Shown one piece after another: positions 10,540-20,034 of a stretch of 63,983 nt of DNA. This DNA comes from a virus. Its lineage: Duplodnaviria > Caudoviricetes. Under the pieces are notes generated by a model. The model was not told the DNA's origin. It was given only the letters and a program-made list of their open reading frames with translations, and did no database searches. The position numbers and the translations under genes are program-made. The stretch covers positions 1 through 63,983 of IMG/VR virus record IMGVR_UViG_3300033076_000750. One strand, 5' to 3'. Within the stretch, counting starts at the first letter, position 1. Each line of letters begins with the position of its first letter.

Positions 10540-10823
10540 CCGAGATCGAGGACATGACCCCAGAGCAGAAGACGCAGTTCATAGATCGAGCTGTGATGAT
10601 GCTGTCTGAGGTCTTCCCGAATGTCCACATCTCGGTCAGCACGCCTAACGCAAAAAACGACGGCACCGCGTTCATCCATCGCGGATGCGGAGACTGGTTC
10701 GCCAGGACAGGGCTCTGCCACCACTTCTTGAAGCTGGACGAGGCAACCGAGATCGCCAGCAAGACAGCAAACCTCATCAACCGCCCTCCCGAAGAGGGCG
10801 AGGCATGGAAGAACCAGCAATGA
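10536..10823 (+). CDS. Hypothetical protein
   Basis: ATGA-coupled at both ends. Confidence 0.7.
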   Translation: MTEIEDMTPEQKTQFIDRAVMMLSEVFPNVHISVSTPNAKNDGTAFIHRGCGDWFARTGLCHHFLKLDEATEIASKTANLINRPPEEGEAWKNQQ

Positions 10824-10933
10824 TCGCCCTACTCCCAGAACTCAGCGCCATAGGGCTTATCATCGCCTGCGTATCCGGCCTAACACTCTTCGTTATCAGC
10901 ATCTTCATCACAATCGACAAACTCCCCAAATGA
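10820..10933 (+). CDS. Small membrane protein
   Basis: 37 aa, one hydrophobic helix, ATGA-coupled. Confidence 0.55.
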   Translation: MIALLPELSAIGLIIACVSGLTLFVISIFITIDKLPK

Positions 10934-11322
10934 AAGCACACATGAACGACATGATCTTCGCCATCGACTTTGATGGCACCTGCGTAACGCACGACTACCC
11001 AAAAGTTGGAAAAGACATTGGCGCTGCGCCAGTCCTCAGGCGCATTGTTGATGCGGGCGGCAAGCTGATTCTATGGACGATGCGAAGCGATAACCGACCA
11101 GACGGCACAAGCCCCTTATCAGATGCGGTGAACTGGTTCAGAGAGAATAAAATTCCGCTATTCGGCATTCAACGCAACCCCGACCAAGACAAGTGGACAT
11201 CAAGCCCAAAGGCTTATGCCAAAATCTACATTGACGACGCCGCCCTTGGATGTCCTCTGATTTACCCAGAAGGAGAAAAGCCATACGTTGACTGGCAGAC
11301 TGTGGAGTCACTACTATTCTAA
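10930..11322 (+). CDS. HAD-superfamily hydrolase (BT0820-like)
   Basis: AIDFDGT motif I, LWTMR, KAYAKIYIDD. Confidence 0.85.
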   Translation: MKAHMNDMIFAIDFDGTCVTHDYPKVGKDIGAAPVLRRIVDAGGKLILWTMRSDNRPDGTSPLSDAVNWFRENKIPLFGIQRNPDQDKWTSSPKAYAKIYIDDAALGCPLIYPEGEKPYVDWQTVESLLF

Positions 11323-11331
11323 AGCACACAA

Positions 11332-13425
11332 ATGAAAGCACTCGCCATCACATCCCTCACGCTCACCGATGAGCAAGAACAAGAACTCTACAATGTCTGC
11401 GAGGAGGGGGCGAATGCTGCACGCAAGGGGCAGGGGCAGGAGGCTGAATGGGACTGCACCAAGCAGCCGAAGCAATACTCGTGGCTCTGGTGGAGATGGA
11501 TCAGCGAACTCGCGTTCGAGGGCGACTTCTCTTGGCGCGTAGGGCTCACGCCTCGTGGCGCTATCACGACTGGAGTTGAGGGGCTGAAGGTGTTCAACAA
11601 CAGCAACCTGAGCATGAACACGCCCGCAGACCACCACGCACAGCTCCGCGTGAAGATCAGCCGGTCGCTGCTCAAGGATCACCGCTTCTTTGGTGCCAAG
11701 CCAGAGGGCAATGAGGACCAGCACGCCGCCAAATCCATCGAGCAGATTCAGCGCCGGTTGAGGCACCGCTCAAAGAAGTCCGGCTTCCGTGATCAGATGG
11801 AGACTTCAATCAACCGAGCCCTGCTATCTGGAGAACAAGTGCTGCTCCCAGCATACTCTCAGCGCATCGTCTATCGGCCAACCCTCGCCCGCATCGTTCT
11901 CGACCAGAATGGTCGCCCGCTTCAAAGCGCGGCGACCAAAACCATCGTCACCGAACTCGATCCGTGGGATGATGTTGAAGCAGGCCGCAGTCAGCTTCGC
12001 AAAGACCCAACCATCACCAGAGCAACCAGCTCAGAGCTTCGCTACAGCAACAAGCCGATGAAGCTCATGCAGGCAGAGGTGATCAACGATGGCGCACGCT
12101 TTGACCGCATCCATCCACAGGACTTCATCTGTGATCCAAGGTGGGCAACCATTGACGAAGCTGACTACAAGGGCAACGAATTCTCGATGCCACTGGACGA
12201 CATCAAAGCGATGCTCGAAGCCAGGGGCCAGCTCATCCCCGAGGCGTGGGAAGAATACCGTGAGAAGGTCAAGACCGGCTCGAAGAAGCTGGCACGCAAA
12301 GATCAGGCCAAGGAGAGTGTTGGCGAGGTGGACGAGGACTCCATTGACGCATCGTCAGGCGCAGGTTCCAGATCAAGCTCTGACACCATGCAGCCACGCA
12401 TCCTTCTGCGTCAGCAGTTCGTCAAGGCAGACACCTTGGGTCTTGGACACCGGCAAGACTTGTGGGTGATCACCGACAACGAGACTGGCATTCCCCTGAT
12501 CTACGACTTCGCATCCGAGATCGTGGAGGTGGACCCAGATCGCGGGCACCCATATCGTTGCATCCGTGGAGCCGAGGTCATCGACCGCTGGTATGGTCGC
12601 CCGATCTACCAAACGATGTGGGATGACCTCATCGCCATCGACAGTCGCCTGAACCAAATCCAGCTTGAATGCGATGCAGCAGGCAACATCGTGTTCGTCA
12701 ACGGCAAGTTCATCGTTGGTTGGAACAAGGACAAGAAGCTCGAAATCCGCAGCCGCGTTCCAAACGAGGTGACATCTGGCGCTGACCCTCGTGAGGCGAT
12801 CCATGTCGAGACAATCGAGCCGCAGATCGCTGAGATCGAGAAGTCGCTCGACCTCGCTCTCCAGCGCGCCCAGGCCAAGAATGGACTCAGTGGCGCAGGC
12901 CAGACCGTCAGCAAGGCTTTGCCTGGGACAGAGACGGCTACCGGCCAGACGATCCTGGAGGACGCTCAGAATGCGGTCCTTGAGAGCTTGATCAAGGAAC
13001 TGGCAAAGGGCATCGACACCTGCATCAGTGACTTCACAAAGATCGAACTCGACAATATCGACGATGCCGACCTCCTGAAGCAGATGGGTCAAGACAACGC
13101 GAAGCTGGTTCTGGATTGGGTCGCAGCCAACGAGGAGTCATACGACAGCGCCATCGAGATTCTGATCGCCGCCATCGTTGACACCACGACCCTTGACAAG
13201 AATTCCCAGGCAATGGCAGTCGGCAAGGAGTGGATGGCTTGGCCTCCAGCCTACCAGCCGTCATGGAAGCCGCTCTTCGAGAAGATGCTGATGAGCCTGG
13301 ACATCGACAACCCATCACAGTTCCTGCAAACCATCAATGAACTCATCGCCGCCCAATCCACCCAACCAGCAGCGCCAATCGCTCCCCCCGTTGACGCTGC
13401 CAGACTGGAACCCATCGGAGCGTAA
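11332..13425 (+). CDS. Portal protein (podovirus/P22-like)
   Basis: 697 aa; WYGRP..DLIAIDSRLNQ and ETATG motifs; first gene of the structural block. Confidence 0.7.
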   Translation: MKALAITSLTLTDEQEQELYNVCEEGANAARKGQGQEAEWDCTKQPKQYSWLWWRWISELAFEGDFSWRVGLTPRGAITTGVEGLKVFNNSNLSMNTPADHHAQLRVKISRSLLKDHRFFGAKPEGNEDQHAAKSIEQIQRRLRHRSKKSGFRDQMETSINRALLSGEQVLLPAYSQRIVYRPTLARIVLDQNGRPLQSAATKTIVTELDPWDDVEAGRSQLRKDPTITRATSSELRYSNKPMKLMQAEVINDGARFDRIHPQDFICDPRWATIDEADYKGNEFSMPLDDIKAMLEARGQLIPEAWEEYREKVKTGSKKLARKDQAKESVGEVDEDSIDASSGAGSRSSSDTMQPRILLRQQFVKADTLGLGHRQDLWVITDNETGIPLIYDFASEIVEVDPDRGHPYRCIRGAEVIDRWYGRPIYQTMWDDLIAIDSRLNQIQLECDAAGNIVFVNGKFIVGWNKDKKLEIRSRVPNEVTSGADPREAIHVETIEPQIAEIEKSLDLALQRAQAKNGLSGAGQTVSKALPGTETATGQTILEDAQNAVLESLIKELAKGIDTCISDFTKIELDNIDDADLLKQMGQDNAKLVLDWVAANEESYDSAIEILIAAIVDTTTLDKNSQAMAVGKEWMAWPPAYQPSWKPLFEKMLMSLDIDNPSQFLQTINELIAAQSTQPAAPIAPPVDAARLEPIGA

Positions 13426-13666
13426 CTACGCCGCCGCATCCGCACAAATGCTGCGCGATGATCCGCATGTTCGGAACCTGATCACGGGTCCGAACTCGGA
13501 CCTGTTTGGCGACAACAAGTCGGTAATTGGAAACATGAGACGGCAGCTTCTGCGCGAGCAGATGGACCCAGGAAGCAAATACGACAAGCAGCAGATCGCC
13601 ATCTCACTAAAAACACTCGAAGTATTGCTTGATAAACTGAAGGATGTTGCAGATTTTATCCAATGA
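13337..13666 (+). CDS. Hypothetical protein after portal
   Basis: ORF coupled to the next gene; start uncertain, overlaps the portal 3' end. Confidence 0.6.
   Translation: MNSSPPNPPNQQRQSLPPLTLPDWNPSERNYAAASAQMLRDDPHVRNLITGPNSDLFGDNKSVIGNMRRQLLREQMDPGSKYDKQQIAISLKTLEVLLDKLKDVADFIQ
13487..13502. promoter_or_regulatory. 16-bp palindromic operator/parS-like site
   Basis: GGTCCGAACTCGGACC. Confidence 0.75.
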
Positions 13667-13938
13667 ACTTCGCAGCCTCAAACGTCTTCTCCGTAGCCGT
13701 CACAACTGGTTGGCTTCCAATCCCATCGAAGAATGCCTCAGTCGTCTCGATTGAGAACAACACGGGTGCCGACCTTTTGGTCCGCACCGAAAGAGATCAG
13801 GCGACCGAATACGCCAAAGTGCTCGACGGCAAGTCGATCTCGATTCCGGTAAAGAACAACTCTAGCGAGGTTCTGATCAAGGCTGCCGTGGCAGTTGTCA
13901 CCCTCGACATCAACGTCGTAACCTACCGATACGCATGA
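13663..13938 (+). CDS. Small beta-rich virion protein (putative)
   Basis: ATGA-coupled ORF in the structural block. Confidence 0.6.
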   Translation: MNFAASNVFSVAVTTGWLPIPSKNASVVSIENNTGADLLVRTERDQATEYAKVLDGKSISIPVKNNSSEVLIKAAVAVVTLDINVVTYRYA

Positions 13939-14702
13939 ACGCATTCCTAACCAATATGGGTTTTCTATCGCTGTTTGGATTTCTCCAGTCAACAGTATCA
14001 ACGCCAGCGCCAACGCCACAGCCCGAAATCACGCAGGTGACTCCTGTGGATGATGTCAATGGGAGCCTCCACTCGACTTACTTCTTGCTGTCAGATGCCA
14101 ATGGTCGTGTTGGGATTTACTTCTCGGTCCCACGCCCTGAGATCGCACAGTATCAGTGCGTTGACGGAAATGCCCTAGTCACTGGCACCGACGGGCATTA
14201 TGTTATTTTTTCAGTCTCCGATAGTGACCGCAGATGCTTCTGGTTTAACACTGGCACTGAAACCCAACCAGCCGTTGCAGCAAATAGTTTCGTTGAGGTC
14301 AGTTCGTCTCCCGGCTGGAGTGCTGCAACGAATGCCTTAAATTTGGCATCCTACTCTGGAGGCACGTCAGATGCCGAAAATGTGATTTACACTTCGACCG
14401 GAAATGGCGACCTGCCTGATGCGGAGTGCTCAATAGGCTCTGTGTTGATTCTCCAAAATGGACAAGGCACAGCGTCAGCACCGGGGGGCGTATCCCGTTC
14501 AATCGAAATTGTCCTCTCCGTCAACGCTGCTGCCGAGGACATCATCTTTGCTGTCACTTCGACAATGATCGGAGACACGGGCTTTGCTGTCTCTGACGAC
14601 ACGACCCACCTCGATTTTACCGACCTCGCCGATGGGGCACGGTTAGACGCCAGCGCTGGCACTTCAGGTTTCACCATCACCATCATCCAACAAGGAGCAT
14701 AA
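13935..14702 (+). CDS. Putative virion fibre/accessory protein
   Basis: Acidic, T/S/G-rich beta composition; WFN..GT..P-type repeat. Confidence 0.55.
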   Translation: MNAFLTNMGFLSLFGFLQSTVSTPAPTPQPEITQVTPVDDVNGSLHSTYFLLSDANGRVGIYFSVPRPEIAQYQCVDGNALVTGTDGHYVIFSVSDSDRRCFWFNTGTETQPAVAANSFVEVSSSPGWSAATNALNLASYSGGTSDAENVIYTSTGNGDLPDAECSIGSVLILQNGQGTASAPGGVSRSIEIVLSVNAAAEDIIFAVTSTMIGDTGFAVSDDTTHLDFTDLADGARLDASAGTSGFTITIIQQGA

Positions 14703-14706
14703 CACC

Positions 14707-15090
14707 ATGACCCAAATCGACAAAGATACTGCACTTGCAGCCCTCGATATTCAAATCTCGGAACTTCAGACTCAACGAGCAGCCCTCGAAGCCGAGCCGG
14801 TAGAGATCATTACCCCACCCTTCGCGCCTTCCATGCCCGTGCCAGTCGGCACCCGCACTGACGGAATCATCACCGTCTCCGAAACCGGTGATGCCACCAG
14901 TTTTGAAGTCCAGCTTCATCGGCCCGCACCAGATGCCGCCATCACGACCTCTGCTCCCATTGGCTCGGGCGTCAGCGTTGCTGACCACGCGCCCGACGCC
15001 ATCGCCTTCCAGGTGCGCGGAAAATACTGGTCGCCAGACGGCACGCCTGAAGCGGAGTCTGAATGGAGTGAGGTGGTAACAATTCAATAA
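14707..15090 (+). CDS. Hypothetical protein (coiled coil plus FN3-like end)
   Basis: FQVRG...ESEWSEVVT resembles an FN3 C-terminus. Confidence 0.55.
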   Translation: MTQIDKDTALAALDIQISELQTQRAALEAEPVEIITPPFAPSMPVPVGTRTDGIITVSETGDATSFEVQLHRPAPDAAITTSAPIGSGVSVADHAPDAIAFQVRGKYWSPDGTPEAESEWSEVVTIQ

Positions 15091-15106
15091 TATCACCGAC
15101 CTTATC

Positions 15107-15355
15107 ATGAGTAACGATAACGAGAGAAATTGGCTCGCCGTTCTAGGTGCCATCACCGCATCTATGACGATTGCCATTCAGCTCATTTCGTTAGGCGAGA
15201 TGAAAGGGCAGTTCACATCCATGCAAGAGACGCTCAAGTCCGACATCACGGCGATCAAGATGGAGATTCACTTGCTGAAGACCGACACATCCGCATCCAG
15301 CAACAAAATCGCCGACCTTAACGCAAGGGTCGTCAATATTGAGCGCAAACTATGA
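15107..15355 (+). CDS. Membrane protein with coiled coil (possible holin)
   Basis: N-terminal TM helix; lies in the lysis region. Confidence 0.5.
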   Translation: MSNDNERNWLAVLGAITASMTIAIQLISLGEMKGQFTSMQETLKSDITAIKMEIHLLKTDTSASSNKIADLNARVVNIERKL

Positions 15356-15822
15356 GCCGCCCGCAGCCAAATGCTCGTCCAGTTCGCAATGCGGACCTGT
15401 TCTTTCCTTTCTGGCCAAAATCGAAGGGTCCACTCTATGAGAACCTTACTCCATGGGTATTCGATGTGAACATGAATAACGGCACGTTCAGGACGTTCGA
15501 GATTCCCGCCGGATACATTTTCAATGGGGCGTCAGTGCCACCTTGCTTGTGGGGATTCCCATTCGGCTACACGCCAGATGGCGTTCACCGCGCAGCCGCC
15601 ATGGAGCACGACTTCCTGTGCGATCTTGGACTCCGCCCCGACTCATTCGCCGACATGATGATGTGTGACTTCGGCATCATCCCAATACCTGACCCTGTGC
15701 CCCACCACATCGCCCACCAGCACTTCCGCGCACGCATGAAGGAATACGGTATGCGCGAGACTCAGGTAGAGGCTTTTGGTTGGGCCGTAAAACTGCTCGG
15801 ACCCCGCTGGAAAATTGATTGA
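15352..15822 (+). CDS. DUF1353 family protein
   Basis: IPAGYIFNGASVP...AAMEHDFLC. Confidence 0.8.
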   Translation: MSRPQPNARPVRNADLFFPFWPKSKGPLYENLTPWVFDVNMNNGTFRTFEIPAGYIFNGASVPPCLWGFPFGYTPDGVHRAAAMEHDFLCDLGLRPDSFADMMMCDFGIIPIPDPVPHHIAHQHFRARMKEYGMRETQVEAFGWAVKLLGPRWKID

Positions 15823-15890
15823 CGGCGCGTGGATAGGTGCAACAGTCCGTTACCTCAAATGAGGTTCAAAACACCAACGCCAACACACCC

Positions 15891-16193
15891 ATGAATCCAA
15901 TGCCCCCACCCACCAACCAGCGCATCCTCACCCTCTGCCTGTTCCTCATCATCGCATCCCTCGGTGCCGCTATCTCCGCCTGCAAGACTGGCGCTAACGG
16001 CAAGCCGGAAGTCGATTACGAGAAAGCATCGACAGCGATCTTCGCCACAGCAGACGCTTACCACGCTGCCCAGGCTCGCGGAGTTCCGCCATCTGCCGCC
16101 AAGAGCGCGGCAATCAGCGCCGGACTCACCACGCTAAAGACGGAGCCCGCACCAATCGAGCTTCCTGTCACCGAAGTCACGGCATCCAAGTAA
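15891..16193 (+). CDS. Lipoprotein (possible spanin component)
   Basis: Signal peptide with lipobox ISAC; adjacent to the endolysin. Confidence 0.55.
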   Translation: MNPMPPPTNQRILTLCLFLIIASLGAAISACKTGANGKPEVDYEKASTAIFATADAYHAAQARGVPPSAAKSAAISAGLTTLKTEPAPIELPVTEVTASK

Positions 16194-16210
16194 TCCAACA
16201 ACATAGAGCA

Positions 16211-16226
16211 GGTCCGAACTCGGACC
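16211..16226. promoter_or_regulatory. 16-bp palindromic operator site upstream of the endolysin
   Basis: GAGCA-GGTCCGAACTCGGACC-TGCTC extended palindrome. Confidence 0.75.
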
Positions 16227-16250
16227 TGCTCGCCCTAACCAAACACGAAG

Positions 16251-17012
16251 ATGAATACCACAGAATTTACCAAAGAAGTTCAACGCCGCCTGGGCGTAGC
16301 CGATGACGGCAGTCCTGGACCAAAAACAATCGCCGCCCTGAACAAGGCTCTACCGATCAAGATCAACGGAGTCCCATTGACCGTCATCAAGGAACCGGCA
16401 CCACCGCTTGGCGACCACATCGTCATCCATCTCACCCGCGCTATCATCAAGAATGCCGAACGATTCATCGGGCTTCGCGAGGTGAAGCCTAACGCCGATT
16501 GGGACAACCCATCGACACCAGGACCAGACGCGGAGCTGGTGAACGAGCTTCGCCGCCGTATGAGAGCAGCTCCATGGAAAGAAGGTTGGGCATACTGCGC
16601 GGCCTTCGTTGAAGCAGTTGTCGTATGCGCGCTCGAAGAGATCGGCGCAACCAAAGATCAGATCAGACGCTTCACCGACACCATGGAGCCTGGGGTGATG
16701 AACAGTTACAGGGCATTTAAGGTGCTCGATCTCATCAGTGATTGGCCCGACGACGGATCAATCTGGCTCGCCCAACGTGGTCAGACAGCGCAGGGTCATG
16801 CTGGAATTGTCTTCTCTGAGATGATTGAGAGAGGCAAGATGAGCACGATTGAGGCCAACACCAGCACCGACCCAAAAGCCTCTGCCAGCAAGCAGCGTGA
16901 GGGCGACTGGATCACTGTCCGTCATCGCGACATTGGTGGGGTCGGAACCCTGCACACCAAGGGATTTGTCAGGCCAATCAACATCATCAAACTCTGCGGC
17001 ATCCCCGCGTAA
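16251..17012 (+). CDS. Endolysin: peptidoglycan-binding domain plus CHAP amidase
   Basis: VQRRLGVADDGSPGPKT; WAYCAAFV, GHAGIV, TIEANT. Confidence 0.8.
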   Translation: MNTTEFTKEVQRRLGVADDGSPGPKTIAALNKALPIKINGVPLTVIKEPAPPLGDHIVIHLTRAIIKNAERFIGLREVKPNADWDNPSTPGPDAELVNELRRRMRAAPWKEGWAYCAAFVEAVVVCALEEIGATKDQIRRFTDTMEPGVMNSYRAFKVLDLISDWPDDGSIWLAQRGQTAQGHAGIVFSEMIERGKMSTIEANTSTDPKASASKQREGDWITVRHRDIGGVGTLHTKGFVRPINIIKLCGIPA

Positions 17013-17023
17013 CTGACACCGCC

Positions 17024-17434
17024 ATGGATAACACACACAACGACGCTCAGTTCGTCCGGGAGTTCAATCACATTGCCACAAAGGCCCACGCCAACTCCAG
17101 GGCAAAGGGATTCTGGAATGACAAAGACTTGCTTGCATCGGTTGCGCAATCACATAGCCCAGGATTGGCAGCATACGCAGAGGCTGCAATCATAAGCTCC
17201 GAGATCGCCCTCATTCAATCCGAGGCATCCGAAGCCCTGGAGAACGTGCGCGGCGGATTTGAGCCCGACGACAAGGTGCCCGAGTTCATGGGCATTGAAG
17301 CAGAGCTGGCCGATGTCGTGATCAGGATCATGGACATGGCTGCTGGCCGAGGCTTCAGAGTCGGCGCAGCTATCATCGCGAAGATGGCGATGAACGCCAC
17401 ACGCCCACCAATGCACGGAGGTAAGGCGCTGTGA
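17024..17434 (+). CDS. MazG-like NTP pyrophosphohydrolase
   Basis: ALIQSEASEALE...EAELADVVIRIMD. Confidence 0.8.
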   Translation: MDNTHNDAQFVREFNHIATKAHANSRAKGFWNDKDLLASVAQSHSPGLAAYAEAAIISSEIALIQSEASEALENVRGGFEPDDKVPEFMGIEAELADVVIRIMDMAAGRGFRVGAAIIAKMAMNATRPPMHGGKAL

Positions 17435-17625
17435 GTGACGAAGACCAACGTCGCGCATTCAACGCCAGCCAAAAGCCTTGCCCAAAAAGCGGAAAGTGCC
17501 CACGCCTCCAATGGATGAACTTGCATGTCATCGCCTGCGGCCCAGACTGTGAATGCACGATCCACGACGGCAGCAACGTCTCACCCCAACCAATAATAAA
17601 CGCATGGAACCAACTACACCCGTGA
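17431..17625 (+). CDS. Small Cys-rich protein (Lar-like)
   Basis: KPCP..C...C..C...IINAWN. Confidence 0.5.
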   Translation: MSDEDQRRAFNASQKPCPKSGKCPRLQWMNLHVIACGPDCECTIHDGSNVSPQPIINAWNQLHP

Positions 17626-18272
17626 ACGTAGCATTCGTGCTGAGCACAAAGCCAATCCGTGATGCAGATGCTGTTGTTCGGCGACTGAAGCATTCGCATG
17701 AGGGCGTGCCAACGGGGCTTTACTACACTCAGAAACACGGACCAGAAGCCTACATATTCACAAACACTCACGGTTGGTGGAACATACATCCAGGGTCGTT
17801 GCTCGATGTCCACGGGGTCGATGAGGAATATCGCTGCCCAATGCACGACATTGTCATTGCCTTCAAGCCGTGCCCACTGTGCGAGCGCGACTCGAAGATT
17901 GAGGTAAAAGACTTCATGCTCGAAGGCAACAACGACAATGGCATCGACCCAAAGGGTCCGATTGGTGCCACAAAGCCACCACTCGCACTCCTACCACCAG
18001 CCTTCAACGAGGAGACGGCTAAAGCGCTCCATCTTGGCATCACAAAAGGGTATGGACCGTGGAACTGGCGACTAACCAAAGTCGAGATGATGACCTACAT
18101 GCACGCCATGCGCAGACACATGGATGCGGTAATCGAGAGAATCGACATCGACCCAGAATCAGGGGCGCACCACCTTGGGCATGTCGCTGCCAACTGCGCC
18201 ATCATCCTCGACGCACTCAAGCACGGAACACTCGTTGATAACCGACCACCACAACCAAAAAACACCCCATGA
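17622..18272 (+). CDS. dATP/dGTP diphosphohydrolase-domain protein (DUF5664) with N-terminal extension
   Basis: KPPLALLP, KGYGPWNWR, AMRRH, DPESGAHHLGH. Confidence 0.8.
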   Translation: MNVAFVLSTKPIRDADAVVRRLKHSHEGVPTGLYYTQKHGPEAYIFTNTHGWWNIHPGSLLDVHGVDEEYRCPMHDIVIAFKPCPLCERDSKIEVKDFMLEGNNDNGIDPKGPIGATKPPLALLPPAFNEETAKALHLGITKGYGPWNWRLTKVEMMTYMHAMRRHMDAVIERIDIDPESGAHHLGHVAANCAIILDALKHGTLVDNRPPQPKNTP

Positions 18273-18670
18273 AGAACCCGACGCTAACATTCGACATACG
18301 CCGAGAAGACTACGACCGACATTACTCACTCAAAGCCTGGAAGGGTAATGAAGGCGATGGTCGAGTCGTTGCCATGCAGCCAGTGGCATTTATCTCACAT
18401 GCCTGGGACGAAGCTCCTCCATGTCCAGTCGCTATGGAACTCTCAGCAGAGTCCTGCCAATCGCTGATGAACGCCCTCTGGGATGCCGGAATTCGACCCG
18501 CCAAGGGTCACGGCAGCACGGGGCAGCTTGCTGCTGTCCAAGAGCACCTGAACGACACGCGCAGCCTGCTAACGAAGGTCACTGACGCTCTCATTGGGCA
18601 ACTGCAAAGACCAGCGCCCCAGCCACCCAAGCATCCACCCCAAGGATACCTGTCAGACGACGGAAAATAA
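18269..18670 (+). CDS. Hypothetical protein
   Basis: ATGA-coupled; CQSLMNALWDAGIRP. Confidence 0.7.
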   Translation: MKNPTLTFDIRREDYDRHYSLKAWKGNEGDGRVVAMQPVAFISHAWDEAPPCPVAMELSAESCQSLMNALWDAGIRPAKGHGSTGQLAAVQEHLNDTRSLLTKVTDALIGQLQRPAPQPPKHPPQGYLSDDGK

Positions 18671-18674
18671 CACT

Positions 18675-19421
18675 ATGATCGGAGTTACCCTCATCACACC
18701 AAGCTACGCAGAGATTGGCCTGGAGGCCGTGAAGCGCTTCAAACGCCACACGGGACTCGATGTCGTGATCTTATGGCGCGACGATGGACCAGATGCGTTC
18801 GCCGCCAAGCTCGACATCCCGCTGACGATAAGGGATCAGACGGTCGTATTTTTCGATAGCGACCTTTGGTTTATCCACGATGTCGATCTGAGGTGGATGG
18901 ATCGCCGCGATCAGTTCTTCGCGGTCATGGACCCAGGCATCAACGACGTGGCTGATGCCTCGATCAAGGTAGCTGGGGCATGGGCACGAAGTGACTGCGA
19001 GGTATTGGGTATTAACCCGAACAAATACTTCAACGGAGGCTTGTGGGTCGCCAACTTCCGTCACAACTCACACCGAGTTGCGTTTGCGCACGCCCGCCAA
19101 CTCTACCAGGACAAGATCAACGGCATCTTCAACTACGACGACGGCGACTTGCGGAAGTGTCGCATTGGCGACTACGGCGAGCAGTCGTTCCTGAACGCTG
19201 GAGTGCAGCGTGCTGGCATTGAGGTTCGAGAGCTGCCAATGTCCCACAACTACTGGCACATGGCATACAAGGGCGGATTGGTCGCTGGTATCCCATATCG
19301 GGTCATTGGCCTGCACGCCGCTGGTTACGCGCTCCAAGACAAATTACAGCACCTTCGCCAGATGGCCGATGTCTTGGGCGTGTGGTTCGATCAACCGAGG
19401 GACAGAGCATTCATGCCATGA
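18675..19421 (+). CDS. GT-A fold glycosyltransferase (GT8-like)
   Basis: FFDSD (DxD), YFNGG, GEQSFLN. Confidence 0.8.
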   Translation: MIGVTLITPSYAEIGLEAVKRFKRHTGLDVVILWRDDGPDAFAAKLDIPLTIRDQTVVFFDSDLWFIHDVDLRWMDRRDQFFAVMDPGINDVADASIKVAGAWARSDCEVLGINPNKYFNGGLWVANFRHNSHRVAFAHARQLYQDKINGIFNYDDGDLRKCRIGDYGEQSFLNAGVQRAGIEVRELPMSHNYWHMAYKGGLVAGIPYRVIGLHAAGYALQDKLQHLRQMADVLGVWFDQPRDRAFMP

Positions 19422-20026
19422 AGAGGTGGGAGGATCACTATCTCTCAAGGCGTGGCGAGACTGCCGTCATCATGGGGCGCGGTCCATCGCTTGATGATTG
19501 GATTGATCACGGATCACCAAACGAAGGGCACTTCAAGATTGGCATAAATCACACGGGCATCATAACGAAATGTGAATACAACATCTCAAGGCACTACTTT
19601 GAAGCCTATGAAAAAGCTGTTGGCGAATGGTTCATGCCGTTCATTCACGAGTGGGAATACGCCCCATCCTATACAAAGTGTCATTTCGTTAGGCCCATAT
19701 TCCACCACCACTGGTTCATTCCAGTTGCCCCATCATTCTTCCGGCCAACAAGGGAGGACATGCGTGACCTCAAGACCTTCTACACAGACGGCGGGAGTGC
19801 AAATTGCGCAGTCGAGCTTGCTTACTACCTCGGGGCTTCTCGGGTGATCCTCATCGGAATCGACGGGGGTTGCGGATACGCTAAATCAACAGAAGGTATT
19901 GGCGGCAATCTGGCCGAAGAATACGACAAGCTGAAGGCGCAGACGATCATGGCTTGTGAGAGGAGATTCGGATCAAATTACGTTTTTTGGAAATCACCAC
20001 TTGCCAAAAAAGAAACAGGTCAATAG
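19418..20026 (+). CDS. Maf/MptE-like (DUF115-type) glycosyltransferase-like protein
   Basis: IMGRGPSL...GGSANCAVELAYYLGASRVILIGID. Confidence 0.7.
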   Translation: MKRWEDHYLSRRGETAVIMGRGPSLDDWIDHGSPNEGHFKIGINHTGIITKCEYNISRHYFEAYEKAVGEWFMPFIHEWEYAPSYTKCHFVRPIFHHHWFIPVAPSFFRPTREDMRDLKTFYTDGGSANCAVELAYYLGASRVILIGIDGGCGYAKSTEGIGGNLAEEYDKLKAQTIMACERRFGSNYVFWKSPLAKKETGQ

Positions 20027-20034
20027 CTTTACCC

